Origin: an uncultured Chloroflexia bacterium
GTDB lineage: Bacteria; Chloroflexota; Limnocylindria; Limnocylindrales; CSP1-4
Direction: 5' to 3'
Assembly: GCA_963743795.1 (NCBI GenBank)
Contig: CAVUQZ010000009.1
Coordinates: 4,162-68,161 of the forward strand
DNA: 64,000 nucleotides
The notes under the pieces were generated by a model. That model did not search any database and was not told the DNA's origin. It saw only the letters and a list, made by a program, of their open reading frames with translations. A program made the position numbers and the translations under genes. Below are positions 45,191-55,683 of this stretch, one piece after another. Position 1 is the first letter of the stretch. The number at the start of each line of letters is the position of its first letter.

Positions 45191-45837
45191 CAGGCGTTTC
45201 CGACCGCGCTCGGCTGGCGCTCGGGCCGCGGCCCGTCGTACCCGTCGGCGCGTTCCGGCGGCTCGATCCGGACCAACTCCTGCCCGTACTCGACCGCCTC
45301 GCCGGCCTCGGCAAGGCTCGAGCCGATCACGCCGTCGACCGGCGCCACAACGTCCTGCTGGACACCCAGCACGTCGACCCAGCCGATGCGATCCGCCGCC
45401 CTGACACGCATCCCGACCACCAGATCGCGGCGCGGATGGTAGATACCGACGGCCGGCGACTTGGCCGCGATCACTCCCGGTTCCGCTTCGACATCGGCTT
45501 CGCCGTCCTCGCGGGGCCGTCTGTCCCTGTCCTCGGGGGCCCGCGCGGAGCCGGCGGCCGGCCGCCCGGACGCACGACCATGGCCGGCGTGGCCGTCGGC
45601 CGGACTCCCTGACGCCGCCCGGCGGCTCTCGTGGGCACCGGCGGGCTTTCTCAGCCGAGCCTTCCAGCCGCTCTCGCGGACCTCGATCTCGCCCAGCCCG
45701 CTGGCGGCGAGCTTGGCGATCAGCGCCGGCAGGAGCTCCTCGGCCAACCGGCCGATTGCCTCGTGGTCGCGCTCGACCCGGAGCGTCTCCTGGGCTTCCG
45801 TCGGACTGCCGGCGGCAGTCTGCTGGTGGGCGGGCAT
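45190..45837 (-). CDS. BCCP-like protein whose biotinyl-domain lacks the acceptor lysine
   Basis: BCCP-type N-terminus (LAEELLPALIAKLAASGLGEIEVRESGWKARLRKP) and C-terminal hammerhead (SPAVGIYHP...VGMRVRAADRIGWVDVLGVQQDVVAPVDGVI...GQELVRIEP). Read against accB, VDVLGVQ appears to occupy the EAMKM position. Confidence 0.65.
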   Translation of the reverse strand: MPAHQQTAAGSPTEAQETLRVERDHEAIGRLAEELLPALIAKLAASGLGEIEVRESGWKARLRKPAGAHESRRAASGSPADGHAGHGRASGRPAAGSARAPEDRDRRPREDGEADVEAEPGVIAAKSPAVGIYHPRRDLVVGMRVRAADRIGWVDVLGVQQDVVAPVDGVIGSSLAEAGEAVEYGQELVRIEPPERADGYDGPRPERQPSAVGNA

Positions 45838-45840
45838 CGC

Positions 45841-46851
45841 CTACACCTCCTCGCGGTCAGACGGCGCGTCGCGCCTCGTTCCGTGGAACGCCGGCATGGC
45901 CGGCCGGCCGGCCAGCAGACCGCGCAGGCGATCCGCGATTCCAATCCGCTCCGGCGGCGCGGCCGGCCGCTCGGCCACGGTGAACGGCCCGTACGCCCTG
46001 TATCTCTTGAAGCGAGCTTCGACCAGCTCGTCGAGCGGGATGCGCCCGAGCGCGTCGAGCTGCTCGATCACGGCCTCCTGGATGCGCCGGGCGGTCTCGG
46101 TCGGGTCGGTGTGAGCTCCTTCGCCGGGCTCGGGAATCACCGCATCCACGATGCCGAGCTCGTGCTGCTCGGCGGCCGTGACCTTCATGGCGACGGCTGC
46201 TTGCTGCGATTTCTCAGCCGATCGCCACAGGATGGCGGCGCAGCCTTCGGGGCTGATGACCGAGTAGATCGAGTTCTCGAGCGCCAGCACTACGTCGCCG
46301 ACGGCCAGTCCGAGCGCGCCACCCGAGCCGCCCTCGCCGGTGATGACCACCACGATGGGAGTTCGGAGACGGGTCATCAAACCGACCGACTTCGCGATCG
46401 CCTCGGCTATACCGCGCTCCTCGGCCGCCGCGCCCGGAAAAGCCCCCTGCACGTCGACGAACGTCAGGACCGGCATGGCGAAGCGCTCGGCCAGGTCCAT
46501 CGCGCGCATCGCCTTGCGGTAACCCTCCGGATGGGGCAGGCCGAAGTTGCGGCGGATGTTCTCCTCGGTGTCCTGGCCTTTCTGGAAGCCGATGACGACG
46601 ACGTGCCGGCCCCTGATGCGAGCCAGTCCGGCCACGATCGCCGAGTCGTCGCCGAAGAGCCGGTCGCCGTGCAGCTCGATGAACTCCTCGGCCATTCCCT
46701 TGAGCAGCTCGAGAGTGTGCGGTCGCTTCAGGTTGCGAGCTTGCTGGACGTGGGCCCAGACCGCGGCCGCGACGTTGTCCGGCCCGCCTTCCGCGGCGTG
46801 GCCGCGGTTCAGAAGTCGGTCAACCACGGGCGGCCTCCCCGCGAGATCCAT
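45841..46851 (-). CDS. accA: Acetyl-CoA carboxylase carboxyltransferase alpha subunit
   Basis: ARNLKRPHTLELL...ELHGDRLFGDDSAIVAGLARI...VIGFQKG...TPIVVVITGEGGSGGAL. The start (46851 or 46896) is uncertain. Confidence 0.85.
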   Translation of the reverse strand: MDLAGRPPVVDRLLNRGHAAEGGPDNVAAAVWAHVQQARNLKRPHTLELLKGMAEEFIELHGDRLFGDDSAIVAGLARIRGRHVVVIGFQKGQDTEENIRRNFGLPHPEGYRKAMRAMDLAERFAMPVLTFVDVQGAFPGAAAEERGIAEAIAKSVGLMTRLRTPIVVVITGEGGSGGALGLAVGDVVLALENSIYSVISPEGCAAILWRSAEKSQQAAVAMKVTAAEQHELGIVDAVIPEPGEGAHTDPTETARRIQEAVIEQLDALGRIPLDELVEARFKRYRAYGPFTVAERPAAPPERIGIADRLRGLLAGRPAMPAFHGTRRDAPSDREEV

Positions 46852-47794
46852 TCGTATCGCCGTTACGCGAATCGCCGCTCTCGCCGACGAGCGCACCGGT
46901 CAGGGCCGAGAGCAACGAGCGCGGTCTTCCGGCGGGCGCCCCCAGCAGCTCGCCGGAGCCAGCCGCCGACGGAGCGACCAGGTACGCGAGCAGGGCGATG
47001 ATGTCGCCGCGGAGGTTGGCGCGAGTGACGATCCTGTCCACGAAGCCATGGCTGAACCAGAACTCGGCGCGCTGGTAGCCGGGCGGCAGCTCCTCGCCGA
47101 TGGTCCCGGCCGAGACGCGGTCGCCTGCAAACCGTATGAGGGCGTTGGGCTCGGCGATGTTGACGTCGCCGACGACGGCGAACGAGGCGAAGACCCCGCC
47201 CGTCGTGGGGTCCGTCAGGACGGAGATGAACGGCACGCGGGCTGCGCGGACTCTCTCCACGACACTCATCGTCTTGACGAGCTGCATGAGCGAGTACGTG
47301 CCCTCCTGCATCCGGGCGCCGCCCGAGGAGGAGACGATGATCAGCGGGATTCGCTCAGCCAGGGCGGCCTCGGCGGCGCGAGCCACCTTCTCGCCCACCA
47401 CCGAGCCCATGGACCCGCCGATGAATCCGAAGTCCATGACGCATATCGACACTGGCTTGCCGCCCATCGTGGCCAGGCCCCAGACGGCCGCGTCGCGCAG
47501 GCCGGTGGAGAGCTGAGCGGCCATGAGCCGATCCGGGTAGGCCTTGAGGTCGACGAAGCCGAGGGCATCCACGGGCTGCAGATCGTCGTCGCGCTCGACG
47601 AAGGAGCCGCCGTCGACGAGCTGCCCTATGCGGGACATAGCGGAGATGCGGAAGTGATGCCCGCAATGGGGGCACACGCGAAGGGTCTTCTCGAGCTGCT
47701 TGTTGAACAGCATCTCGGCGCAGTCCGGGCACTTGGTCCACAGGTCCGGCGGGTAGGCGTCGCGGCGGGGGCGGAAGGGCAATCTGACCGGCAT
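46820..47794 (-). CDS. accD: Acetyl-CoA carboxylase carboxyltransferase beta subunit
   Basis: ATG 47794. Zn-ribbon WTKCPDCAEMLF...VCPHCGHHFRI, then MDFGFIGGSMGSVVGEK and SSGGARMQEG. Confidence 0.85.
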   Translation of the reverse strand: MPVRLPFRPRRDAYPPDLWTKCPDCAEMLFNKQLEKTLRVCPHCGHHFRISAMSRIGQLVDGGSFVERDDDLQPVDALGFVDLKAYPDRLMAAQLSTGLRDAAVWGLATMGGKPVSICVMDFGFIGGSMGSVVGEKVARAAEAALAERIPLIIVSSSGGARMQEGTYSLMQLVKTMSVVERVRAARVPFISVLTDPTTGGVFASFAVVGDVNIAEPNALIRFAGDRVSAGTIGEELPPGYQRAEFWFSHGFVDRIVTRANLRGDIIALLAYLVAPSAAGSGELLGAPAGRPRSLLSALTGALVGESGDSRNGDTNGSRGEAARG

Positions 47795-48420
47795 CAGGAC
47801 ACGACCCCGAGGATTCCGTCGATGACCCCGGTCCGGCGGCGGCCGGACTGGGTGGCACGACCATGCGCCGCACGGGCGGCTCGACCCATCCGGCCCGGCG
47901 CCGGGTGGGAGTGTCGCCACGCAACGTACACCGCCCCGATCGAAATCGCCGCGGAGGCGACGCCGACGCCGCCCACTATCAGCGGCCGCGACTGGCGAGC
48001 GGCCATCTCGGGGATGCGCCAAAACCCTGACACGGGCACAGGCGAGTGCAGCGCCGCCAGGCCGGCCGGGGCCAGGGCCGGAGCCGCAGCAGCCCCGTCG
48101 GCTCCCGCGGCAAGGTGGCTCCGGAAGTCCGCCACGGTGCCCGGGGCGGTCGACCCTGCCCGAGCCTCCGGGGCATCCACTGGCAGGCCGGCCCGCAGGC
48201 GCGCGGCGCCCGCGGCGAGACGGCCCGCAAGCGACTCCTCGAAGCGGAACGACGGGTGTACTCGAACCAGATCGGCCCGCAGCTTGCGTGCCACCAGGCG
48301 GATCGCCGGGTCCATCTCAACGTCCACCGGGAAGTCCGACACTCGCCGTTCGTCGGCGGCCATGAGGCCGTCTAGAAAGCGCTCAGTTCGCCGAGCGTCT
48401 CGCGTTCCGCCGCTGAGCAT
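47794..48420 (-). CDS. Putative membrane anti-sigma factor
   Basis: Follows the ECF sigma gene with shared-base overlap. One predicted TM (LIVGGVGVASAAISIGAVYVAW). Its stop overlaps the accD ATG. Confidence 0.5.
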   Translation of the reverse strand: MLSGGTRDARRTERFLDGLMAADERRVSDFPVDVEMDPAIRLVARKLRADLVRVHPSFRFEESLAGRLAAGAARLRAGLPVDAPEARAGSTAPGTVADFRSHLAAGADGAAAAPALAPAGLAALHSPVPVSGFWRIPEMAARQSRPLIVGGVGVASAAISIGAVYVAWRHSHPAPGRMGRAARAAHGRATQSGRRRTGVIDGILGVVS

Positions 48421-49079
48421 CAGCTGAGTTGCCCCCGCAGGTCGTCCGCGACGGAGCGCAGGGCGCGGTGCAGCAGCACCCGAACCGCACCCTCGGAACG
48501 GCCGAGAACGGCCGCGATCTCGGCCGTGGACATCTCATCGACGAAACGCAGAATGACCGCGCGGCGGCGATCGTCCGGTAGGCGCGAGACCGCCTGCCAT
48601 GCGGCGCTGCCGGCCTCGCGAGCTGCTGCGGCCTCCGCGACGTCGTCCGGGGCGGACAGCTCTGCGGCTTCCTCCAGGGGCGTCACGGGCCGGCGGCGGT
48701 CGCGGCGTCGCTCGTTCGCGATGACATTGTGGGCGATTCGGAAAAGCCACACCCGGAACGTGGAAGCGTCCGGGGAGAGATCAGCGTCGGCCCCGGCCTC
48801 GATCGCGACCGGGCGCGCGGCCATGAACTCGTCCACGCGTTCCTCGAATCGAGGCAGGCCGGTCAGCGCCTGCATGAAGACTCGCTCGGTCGCATCTTCG
48901 GCGGCGTGGTGGTTCCGGAGCTCGTAGTAGGCGTAGCTGTACACCTGGGCCAGGTACTTCCTATACAGGGCGTCGAAGCGGGTCGGATCGCGCCGGGCCG
49001 CTTCCACCAGGCCGCGGTCGCGGTCCAGCCGGGCGGGACGGGCGCCCTTCTCCGCTTTACTCAACACTGGCCGGCTCAA
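48420..49079 (-). CDS. ECF-type sigma-70 factor
   Basis: FDALYRKYLAQVYSYAYY, WLFRIAHNVIANERRR, LPDDRRRAVILRFVDEMSTAEIAAVLGRSEGAVRVLLHRAL. Confidence 0.85.
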   Translation of the reverse strand: MSRPVLSKAEKGARPARLDRDRGLVEAARRDPTRFDALYRKYLAQVYSYAYYELRNHHAAEDATERVFMQALTGLPRFEERVDEFMAARPVAIEAGADADLSPDASTFRVWLFRIAHNVIANERRRDRRRPVTPLEEAAELSAPDDVAEAAAAREAGSAAWQAVSRLPDDRRRAVILRFVDEMSTAEIAAVLGRSEGAVRVLLHRALRSVADDLRGQLS

Positions 49080-49934
49080 TTCGTTACGCCCCGGCCGCCG
49101 GCTGCCGCCGCACCGTGAGCGGCGCCGACCTCCACGGGACCGAGCCGGACGTGGGCCACCTCGCCCACGAGCAGCTCACGCTCCCCGCTCGGCGCGGCAG
49201 CATCCTCGACGAGAAGCGCCCCGGACGCCCCATCCACGCCGACGGCCTGCACCTCCTGGACCGCCCCGTCCGGCATCTCGAGCCGAACCATCCGGCCGGT
49301 CGTGACCTGGCGGTCGTGCCAGCCCGCTACGTCGAAGTAGCCGTCCCGCAGGGCCAGCACGCGCGGCTCCAGGCGGAGGAGGAAGGCGGTCAACAGGTCG
49401 CCGGAGTCGACCGGGCGCCCCCGCGACGCCTCACGAAGGCTCGTCATAGAGTCGGCGAGCTCCGGCGGGAATGCGTCCCGCGGCCAATCGACGTTCACTC
49501 CGATTCCGACGACGGCCGTGACGGCGGCCGGTGCCCGCGCCCTCGCTCTCGCCCAGCACCCCGGCCAGCTTGCGCACTCCGGACTCGGCGGCCACCACGA
49601 TGTCGTTGGGCCATTTGAAGCGGAGCATGCCGAGCGGCAGTCCGGCCGCTTCCTCGGCTGCATCGGCCATCGCCAGAGCCACGACCGCCGGGAGCCGCCA
49701 CAAGCGATCGGGCGCGAGGTAGCCCGGCCGGAAGCCCACCGAGAGCGTCAGGGCGGCGCCGTCCGGCGCGACCCAGGATCTGCCCGATCGGCCACGACCG
49801 GCAGTCTGCACGTCGGCGATAGCGAGACAGACCTCTGGCGTTCCTGCGGTCAGCCAGTCTCGAACGACATCGTTGGTCGAGGGGACCGACCGAAACCGCT
49901 CCTGGCGCGACAGGAACGCGACGTTCGTCGTCAC
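49076..49934 (-). CDS. birA: Biotin-[acetyl-CoA-carboxylase] ligase, one frameshift near 49520-49560
   Basis: STNDVVRDWL, DVQTAGRGRSGRSWVAP, RFKWPNDIV (49431..49934). VGIGVNV and the C-terminal SH3-like domain are in 49076..49663. Confidence 0.8.
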
Positions 49935-51238
49935 GCGCCCGTCTTCGATGTCCCGCCGGATCCCCCACCGGCCTCGGCGGCCAGCTCGCTCTGGAGCATT
50001 GGCTCCGGCTCCTCGAGAGCGAACGCCTTGTGCAGCGCCCGAACCGCGGTCTCGACCTGGTCCTCGGCGATCATGCAGGTGATCCGGATCTCGGAAGTAG
50101 AGATGATCTCGATGTTCACTCCGGCCTCGGCGAGCGCCGCGAACATGCGCGAGGCGTAGCCGGGAGCGTTCTGGATGCCGGCCCCGACAATCGAAACCTT
50201 GGCCATCGCCGAGTCGGTCGTCATCTCGCGGAAGCCGAGCTCCCGAACGATCGGCTCGAGGATGCGCTTGGTCTTCGCCAGGTCGCCCCGGGTAATGGTG
50301 AAGCTCAGGTCTGTCGTGCCGTGATGGCCAACGTTCTGGACGATCGTGTCGACGTTGATGCCCGCCTCGGCAAGCGGGGCGAAGACGGCGTGAGCGACTC
50401 CGGGCCGGTCCGGGACCTCGACGAGGGTCACCTTGGCCACGTTGCGGTCGTGGGCCAGCCCGCGAACCTTGTTGCGCTGCTCCACGAACGGATCCTCCTT
50501 GATGAGAGTGCCGGGCAGGTCTTCGAACGAGCTCAGCACCTCGATGACCACGTTGTTCACCCAGCCTAGCTCGACGGCTCGGCCCTGCATTACCTGCGCG
50601 CCCTGGTGGGCCAGCTCCATCATTTCCTCGTAGGAGATGACCGGCAGCTGACGAGCCTCGGGCACGAGGCGCGGATCGGCGGTGTAGATGCCGCGGACGT
50701 CGGTGAATATCTGGCAGCGATCCGCTTCGAGCGCGGCCGCAATGGCGACTGCCGTGGTGTCCGAGCCGCCACGTCCGAGGGTGGTGATCTCCCTGAGATG
50801 CGGGTCCAGCACGCTCTGGCCCTGGAACCCGGCGATGATGACGACGCGACCTGCGTCCTTCTCGCTCAGGATGCGCTTCGGATCGATGCCGGCGATGCGG
50901 GCCTTACCGTAGTTGCCGTCGGTTGTGATGCCGGCCTGGGCGCCCGAGAGCGCGATGGCCGGGACTCCGAGGGCGTGCAGTGCCATCGAGACGAGGGTCG
51001 CGCTCTGGTGCTCGCCGGTCGCCAGAAGCATGTCCAGCTCGCGTGGATCGGGGTCGTCGGTGATGGCGCCGGCAAGGGCCAGAAGCTCGTCCGTGGCATC
51101 GCCCATCGCGGAGACGACAACGACAAGGTCCGCGCCGGTGGCGCGTTCACGAGCGACTCGCGCCGCGACGCGGCGAATCCGGTCGGCGTTGGCGACGGAC
51201 GAGCCACCGAACTTCTGAACCACGAGGGATTTGGACAT
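49931..51238 (-). CDS. ask: Aspartate kinase
   Basis: MSKSLVVQKFGGSSV, VVVVSAMGDATD, two C-terminal ACT domains. ATG 51238 is preferred over 51247, which sits inside the putative -10. Confidence 0.9.
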   Translation of the reverse strand: MSKSLVVQKFGGSSVANADRIRRVAARVARERATGADLVVVVSAMGDATDELLALAGAITDDPDPRELDMLLATGEHQSATLVSMALHALGVPAIALSGAQAGITTDGNYGKARIAGIDPKRILSEKDAGRVVIIAGFQGQSVLDPHLREITTLGRGGSDTTAVAIAAALEADRCQIFTDVRGIYTADPRLVPEARQLPVISYEEMMELAHQGAQVMQGRAVELGWVNNVVIEVLSSFEDLPGTLIKEDPFVEQRNKVRGLAHDRNVAKVTLVEVPDRPGVAHAVFAPLAEAGINVDTIVQNVGHHGTTDLSFTITRGDLAKTKRILEPIVRELGFREMTTDSAMAKVSIVGAGIQNAPGYASRMFAALAEAGVNIEIISTSEIRITCMIAEDQVETAVRALHKAFALEEPEPMLQSELAAEAGGGSGGTSKTGA

Positions 51239-51245
51239 GGCGGGC

Positions 51246-51251
51246 ATTCTA
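51246..51251 (-). promoter_or_regulatory. Candidate -10 hexamer (TAGAAT on minus) 7 nt upstream of the ask ATG
   Basis: Minus strand reads tagaat-gcccgcc-ATG(51238). Confidence 0.35.
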
Positions 51252-51363
51252 GCAGCGCTCGCCCGTTCCTCGACACCACGGGGTGCAACCGGCGAGCTTC
51301 CCGGGCCACTCGGACGGGCGAGTCCCCGACAATCGCGTCTATCTCACCAGGGAGTCGCTCGCA

Positions 51364-52138
51364 ATGTGCTTCGACCTTGACAGCAGCCCGCCCATCCGCG
51401 CCGAACGCCGGCGCCGCAGTAGAGAAGCGGTCGATCGAGATCGGAGCGGCCGACGGCAACACCTTCCGGGCATTCCACGCCCGACCGGAGGAGACGACGG
51501 GCAACGCGATCGTCATCCTGCCCGACGTGCGGGGCCTCCACCACTACTACGAAGAGCTGGCAGTCCGCTTCGCCGAGATCGGCGTCGAGGCGGTCGCGAT
51601 CGACTACTTTGGACGGACGGCCGGGACCGGCGAACGGGGCGACGACTTCGACTCCGGACCGCACGTTGCCCAGACGACGTGGGCCGGGCTGTCGGCGGAC
51701 GTCGCGGCCGCGGCATCGTACCTTCGCGGAACCGAGAGCGACGGCGATGTCCGAGCCCTCTTCACAACGGGCTTCTGCATGGGCGGCCGCAACGCGTTCC
51801 TGTCCGCCACGCTCGGGCTGGGCCTCGCCGGCGTCATCGGCTTCTACGGCTGGCCCGGTGGGCCGGCTCGCAACGACACGCCGGCGCCGATCGAGATGGT
51901 CAGCCAGTTCGAGTGTCCCGTTCTCGGAATCTTCGGCGGCTCCGACCAGGGGATTCCGGTCGCTATCGTGCAGCAGTTCCGGGACGCCCTGACCGCGGCC
52001 GGCATAGACCAGGAGATAGTCGTGGAGCCGGACGCGCCGCACAGCTTCTTCGACCGCAAGCAGGCCGAGTTCCAGGTCCAGTCGGACGACGCCTGGGGCC
52101 GCGTCCGGCGGTTCATCATGGACCACGGAGCCAGGTAG
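51364..52138 (+). CDS. Dienelactone hydrolase family protein, frameshift near 51390-51400
   Basis: MCFDLDSSPPI is in one frame. The body (VILPDVRGLHHYYEELAVRFAEIGVEAVAIDYFGRTAG, GFCMGG, PHSFFD) is in the frame of ORF 50606..52138. Confidence 0.8.
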
Positions 52139-52380
52139 GCTCCGTCCGATTCGGGCCCAGAGCCGGCGACTCCCACCCGGCGACCCCACGACCCGGCGAC
52201 CCCACGACCCTCGAGCCGCTGCCCAGAGCACCTCGGCGCGCCGCCGTCCCGTTACGGTCAGCCTTCAGCGTCTATCCCGCGACGCCGCGCCGCAGCTGTG
52301 CGACCATTCGCGGGCGAGGCGCCGTTTCGCGGCGGCTTCCTCATGCGCGGCGAGATTCGCGCCGGTCACCGGAGGAGTTG

Positions 52381-53672
52381 ATGTTCAGGCGACACGATCG
52401 GCGCGACGGCGACGCGGCAGCGCAGGAGCCCCGGCCAGGGGACCCGGACGAAGGCCGGGACGAGTTCCTGGAGGACGAGCCGGCTGCGTTCGAGGACGGG
52501 CTGCCGGCAGAGGACGAGCCGGAAGACATGACCGCCGACCTGGAGTCGCAGGCAGCGGACTACCTGGCCGGCAACGACGTCTGGATGTATGGGCCCAACG
52601 CCGAGGCGGTGCTGGAAATCCTCGACAGACTCGAGGAGATGACCCCAGCCGAGGCCCGGCCCCTCGCCGAAGCGTGGCTCGAGATTCCCAAGTCGGACCG
52701 CGATCACGCCCGCAAGGCAGTGCGCAAGCTATACGAAGCCGATGAGGAGGCCACCCGCCACCTTCAGCTGGCCAGAGAGGCGGTCGGCACGTGGATGGCG
52801 GTGACCGCCGGCTACCCGGAGTTCGTCAAGGCGGAACCGGATTGGGCCCGCGTTTGTGCTCAGGCGGGCGAGGCGGCCCTGGACGGGGCCACTGCCCTGA
52901 TTCTCGAAGAGTCCCTCGAGGAGGACGACTTCGAGGCGCTCTATACGCCGTGGTCTGAGACGACCGCCCAGCTGGACGCGGCCGCTGCCGCGGCGAAGCT
53001 CGCGTCGGGCGATGGGGCCGTCGGCGACGATGAGGCGGCGGAAGGCGAAGACGAAGAAGAAGACGACGAGGAAGAAGCCGCGTTCGGCCCCAACTCGGAC
53101 GCGGTGACCGACTTCCTGAACCGGCTCTGGCTGCTGACGCCCGAACAGGTCGGGCGCCTCGTGAGCGGCTGGCAGGATGCCCCCCGCGACGAGCTGCGGC
53201 AGGCCCACGAGTCACTCAAGCGCCTGGCCGCCGAGGATCCCGAGTATCGCGGACAGGTCCGCCATGCCCAAAGGAAGCTGACCGCCTGGCTGAACTCGGG
53301 TCGCATCGAGGAGACGGCGGGGTTCCTCGGCCAGGCCGGCCAGGGCGAGTCCCGCAAGATGGCCGGTCCGGCACTTGCGGACGCGGTGGCCGCGCTGGTG
53401 CTGGGGGATCTTCTGGATCCGGAGGATGCCGAGGTCCTCTACGGGCCTTGGTTCAATCTGATCGGCGCGCCCCCGCTCCCCGAACTCGCGGAGGAAGAGA
53501 CCCCCAAGACCCCGGCCAAGGGCCCGGTTACATCGAAGGGCGCTGGCGGGGCCAAGGGCGCGGCTCCGTCGAAGAGCCCGGCCAAGGGCGCGGCTCCGGC
53601 CAAGGGCGCGGCTCCGGCCAAGGACGCGGCCCGGCCAAGGGCGCTACCAAGAAGGCGAAGCCCAGCAAGTGA
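52381..53672 (+). CDS. Acidic protein with two copies of an uncharacterised ~140-aa repeat and a Lys/Ala/Pro tail; frameshift near 53625
   Basis: ggagga SD before ATG 52381. Repeats start YGPNAEAVLEILDRLEEMTPAE and FGPNSDAVTDFLNRLWLLTPEQ, and each ends LYxPW. The tail AKGAAPAKGAAPAK...PAKGATKKAKPSK finishes in ORF 53448..53672. Confidence 0.55.
53551..53640. repeat. 18-bp tandem repeat family gccaagggcgcggctccg (copies at 53551, 53581, 53599; degenerate at 53617)
   Basis: Read directly from the sequence. Encodes AKGAAP units. Confidence 0.8.
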
Positions 53673-53703
53673 AAGACCGCCCGGCGCCACCGGGCCAGGA
53701 GGG

Positions 53704-54873
53704 ATGATGTTCGGCCGTGGGAAGGGCAAAGGAAAGGGCCCCGTAGCCAACAAGCTGCGTGGCGAGGCGGAGCCCAACAAGCTGACCTGGGCCGCGACCG
53801 ACGCCGAGGCCGGCCAGCTGGAGCCCGCCGACGACGAGTTCCTCGACGATGAGGAGCACTCGAGGGCGACGAGCTTCTCGAGGGGGAGGGCGAGGAAGAG
53901 GAGCTGGACGAGCGGACGCTCGCCCAGCGCCAGGCCGACCTCCAGGCCGAGCTCCAACGGCAGGCCGAAGAGTTCGGACTGACCGGCTCGAACCCGTCTG
54001 CCATATACGGCCCGCGCGGCGAGGACGTCGCGGCTGTCCTCGATGCCCTGTCCGAGATAGATGAGGATCGAGCGGAGCAGCTCGCCGACGCGTGGACGGC
54101 CGTCGATCCCACCGAGCGCGACGTCCTGGAGCGGGACCTGCTCCAGCGCAGCCGTCAAGGCCAACGCAGGTACGAACTGTCGGCCGCGGAGGACTCGGTC
54201 ACGGCCTGGCTGAACAGCCTCAAGCTGGAGGACGACGACGAAGCCGCTCTCTGGACCGTCGTCGCGGACGCAGCCCGCGGGGCGGTCCAGGCGATCATCC
54301 TCGACGAGGATATCGACGACGCCGACTACGACATGCTCTACGGTCCCTGGGGCGCAGGTCATGGACGCCGACGATGCCGGCACGTCCGCGGGCGACGGCG
54401 CCGACTCCGGGGATTCCGGGGAGGCGACCGAGCCGCAGGGCGAGTTCGGGCCGAACACGGAGCTCGTCCGGCTGTTCCTGGCGAAGCTCGACGAGCTCAC
54501 CCCCGAACAGGCGGCAGAGTTGACAGCGTCCTGGAGGGAGCAATCGAAGTCGGACCTGAGGCTGGCGCATCGGGCCATGCAAGAACTGGTTCGCGAGGAC
54601 CAGACCTGGCGGGACCAGGTGAAGGCCGCTCAGGACCAGGTCGCCTCCTGGGCCAACAGGCCTCACCTGTCGCGCCCCATCCATCCGGACCGAACCCCCG
54701 TCGGCGATGTCGAGGCCTGGGCGCGCGCGCTGCCCGCCGCAGTCGACGCGGTCTCCGCACTGGTGCTTGCCGACCTGCTCGAACCCGAAGATACCGAGAG
54801 TCTCTACGCCGCCTGGGAGACCACGATCGGCGAGCCGAAGCTGCCCGAGTTCGAGGACGACGCGACCACCTGA
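53704..54873 (+). CDS. Paralogue of the preceding acidic repeat protein, two frameshifts (near 53850 and near 54355)
   Basis: aggaggg SD before ATG 53704. Repeats IYGPRGEDVAAVLDALSEIDEDRAEQLADAW...MLYGPW and FGPNTELVRLFLAKLDELTPEQAAELTASW...SLYAAWETTIGEPKLPEFEDD. Confidence 0.55.
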
Positions 54874-54948
54874 ACTACACCGCCGCCGAACTGCGGCGAT
54901 CGACGGTGAAGCTGGACACGTTACCGGCCTTCTGCAAGACTCGCGTCA

Positions 54949-55554
54949 ATGAAGCAATCGATCGTCACCCTGGACATGGAAGGCGTCCTGACGCCGGAGA
55001 TCTGGATTGCCGTGTCCGAAAAGACGGGCATCCCGGAACTGCGCCGCACCACACGCGATGAGCCGGATTACGACAAGCTCATGCGCGGGCGTCTGGCCAT
55101 CCTGGACCAGCATGGATTGAAGTTGTCAGACATCCAGAATGTCATCGGCACGCTGCGGCCCCTGCCCGGCGGGAAGGAGTTTCTGGATGAGCTGCGTTCG
55201 CTTGTGCAGGTCGTAGTCCTGTCCGACACGTTCGAGCAGTTCGCCGCTCCGCTGCTCCGCCAGCTCAACTGGCCGACGCTCCTGTGCCACCGGCTGATCG
55301 TCGAGAACGACCACATCGTGAATTACCAGTTGCGCATCCGGGAGCAGAAGCGCGAAGCCGTGGCCGCCTTCAAGCGTATGAATTACCACGTCATCGCCGG
55401 GGGCGACTCATTCAACGACATCGCCATGCTCAGCGAGGCCCACGCAGGGATCCTGTTCCGCGCGCCCGCCGGCGTGAAGCAGCAATTCCCCCAGTTCCCG
55501 GCCGTGGAGACATACACGGATTTGATGGAACTGATCAAGCAAGATATGGCGTGA
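54949..55554 (+). CDS. thrH: HAD-family phosphoserine phosphatase / homoserine phosphotransferase (ThrH-like)
   Basis: MKQSIVTLDMEGVLTPEIWI...VVVLSDTF...IAGGDSFNDIAML. The length (201 aa) and sequence pattern match ThrH as I recall it. Visibly lower GC than its neighbours. Confidence 0.75.
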   Translation: MKQSIVTLDMEGVLTPEIWIAVSEKTGIPELRRTTRDEPDYDKLMRGRLAILDQHGLKLSDIQNVIGTLRPLPGGKEFLDELRSLVQVVVLSDTFEQFAAPLLRQLNWPTLLCHRLIVENDHIVNYQLRIREQKREAVAAFKRMNYHVIAGGDSFNDIAMLSEAHAGILFRAPAGVKQQFPQFPAVETYTDLMELIKQDMA

Positions 55555-55683
55555 GGACTATGGCGGCCCCGCGGCCGGCGTACTGACGCGACCGAGGCCG
55601 GCGCGACAGCGCATTGGCAGTTTGCGACTCGGCGCAGAGGGGCGGAACTCGGGAGCAAGCAGGCGGCCCGACCCCCGCTCGGT

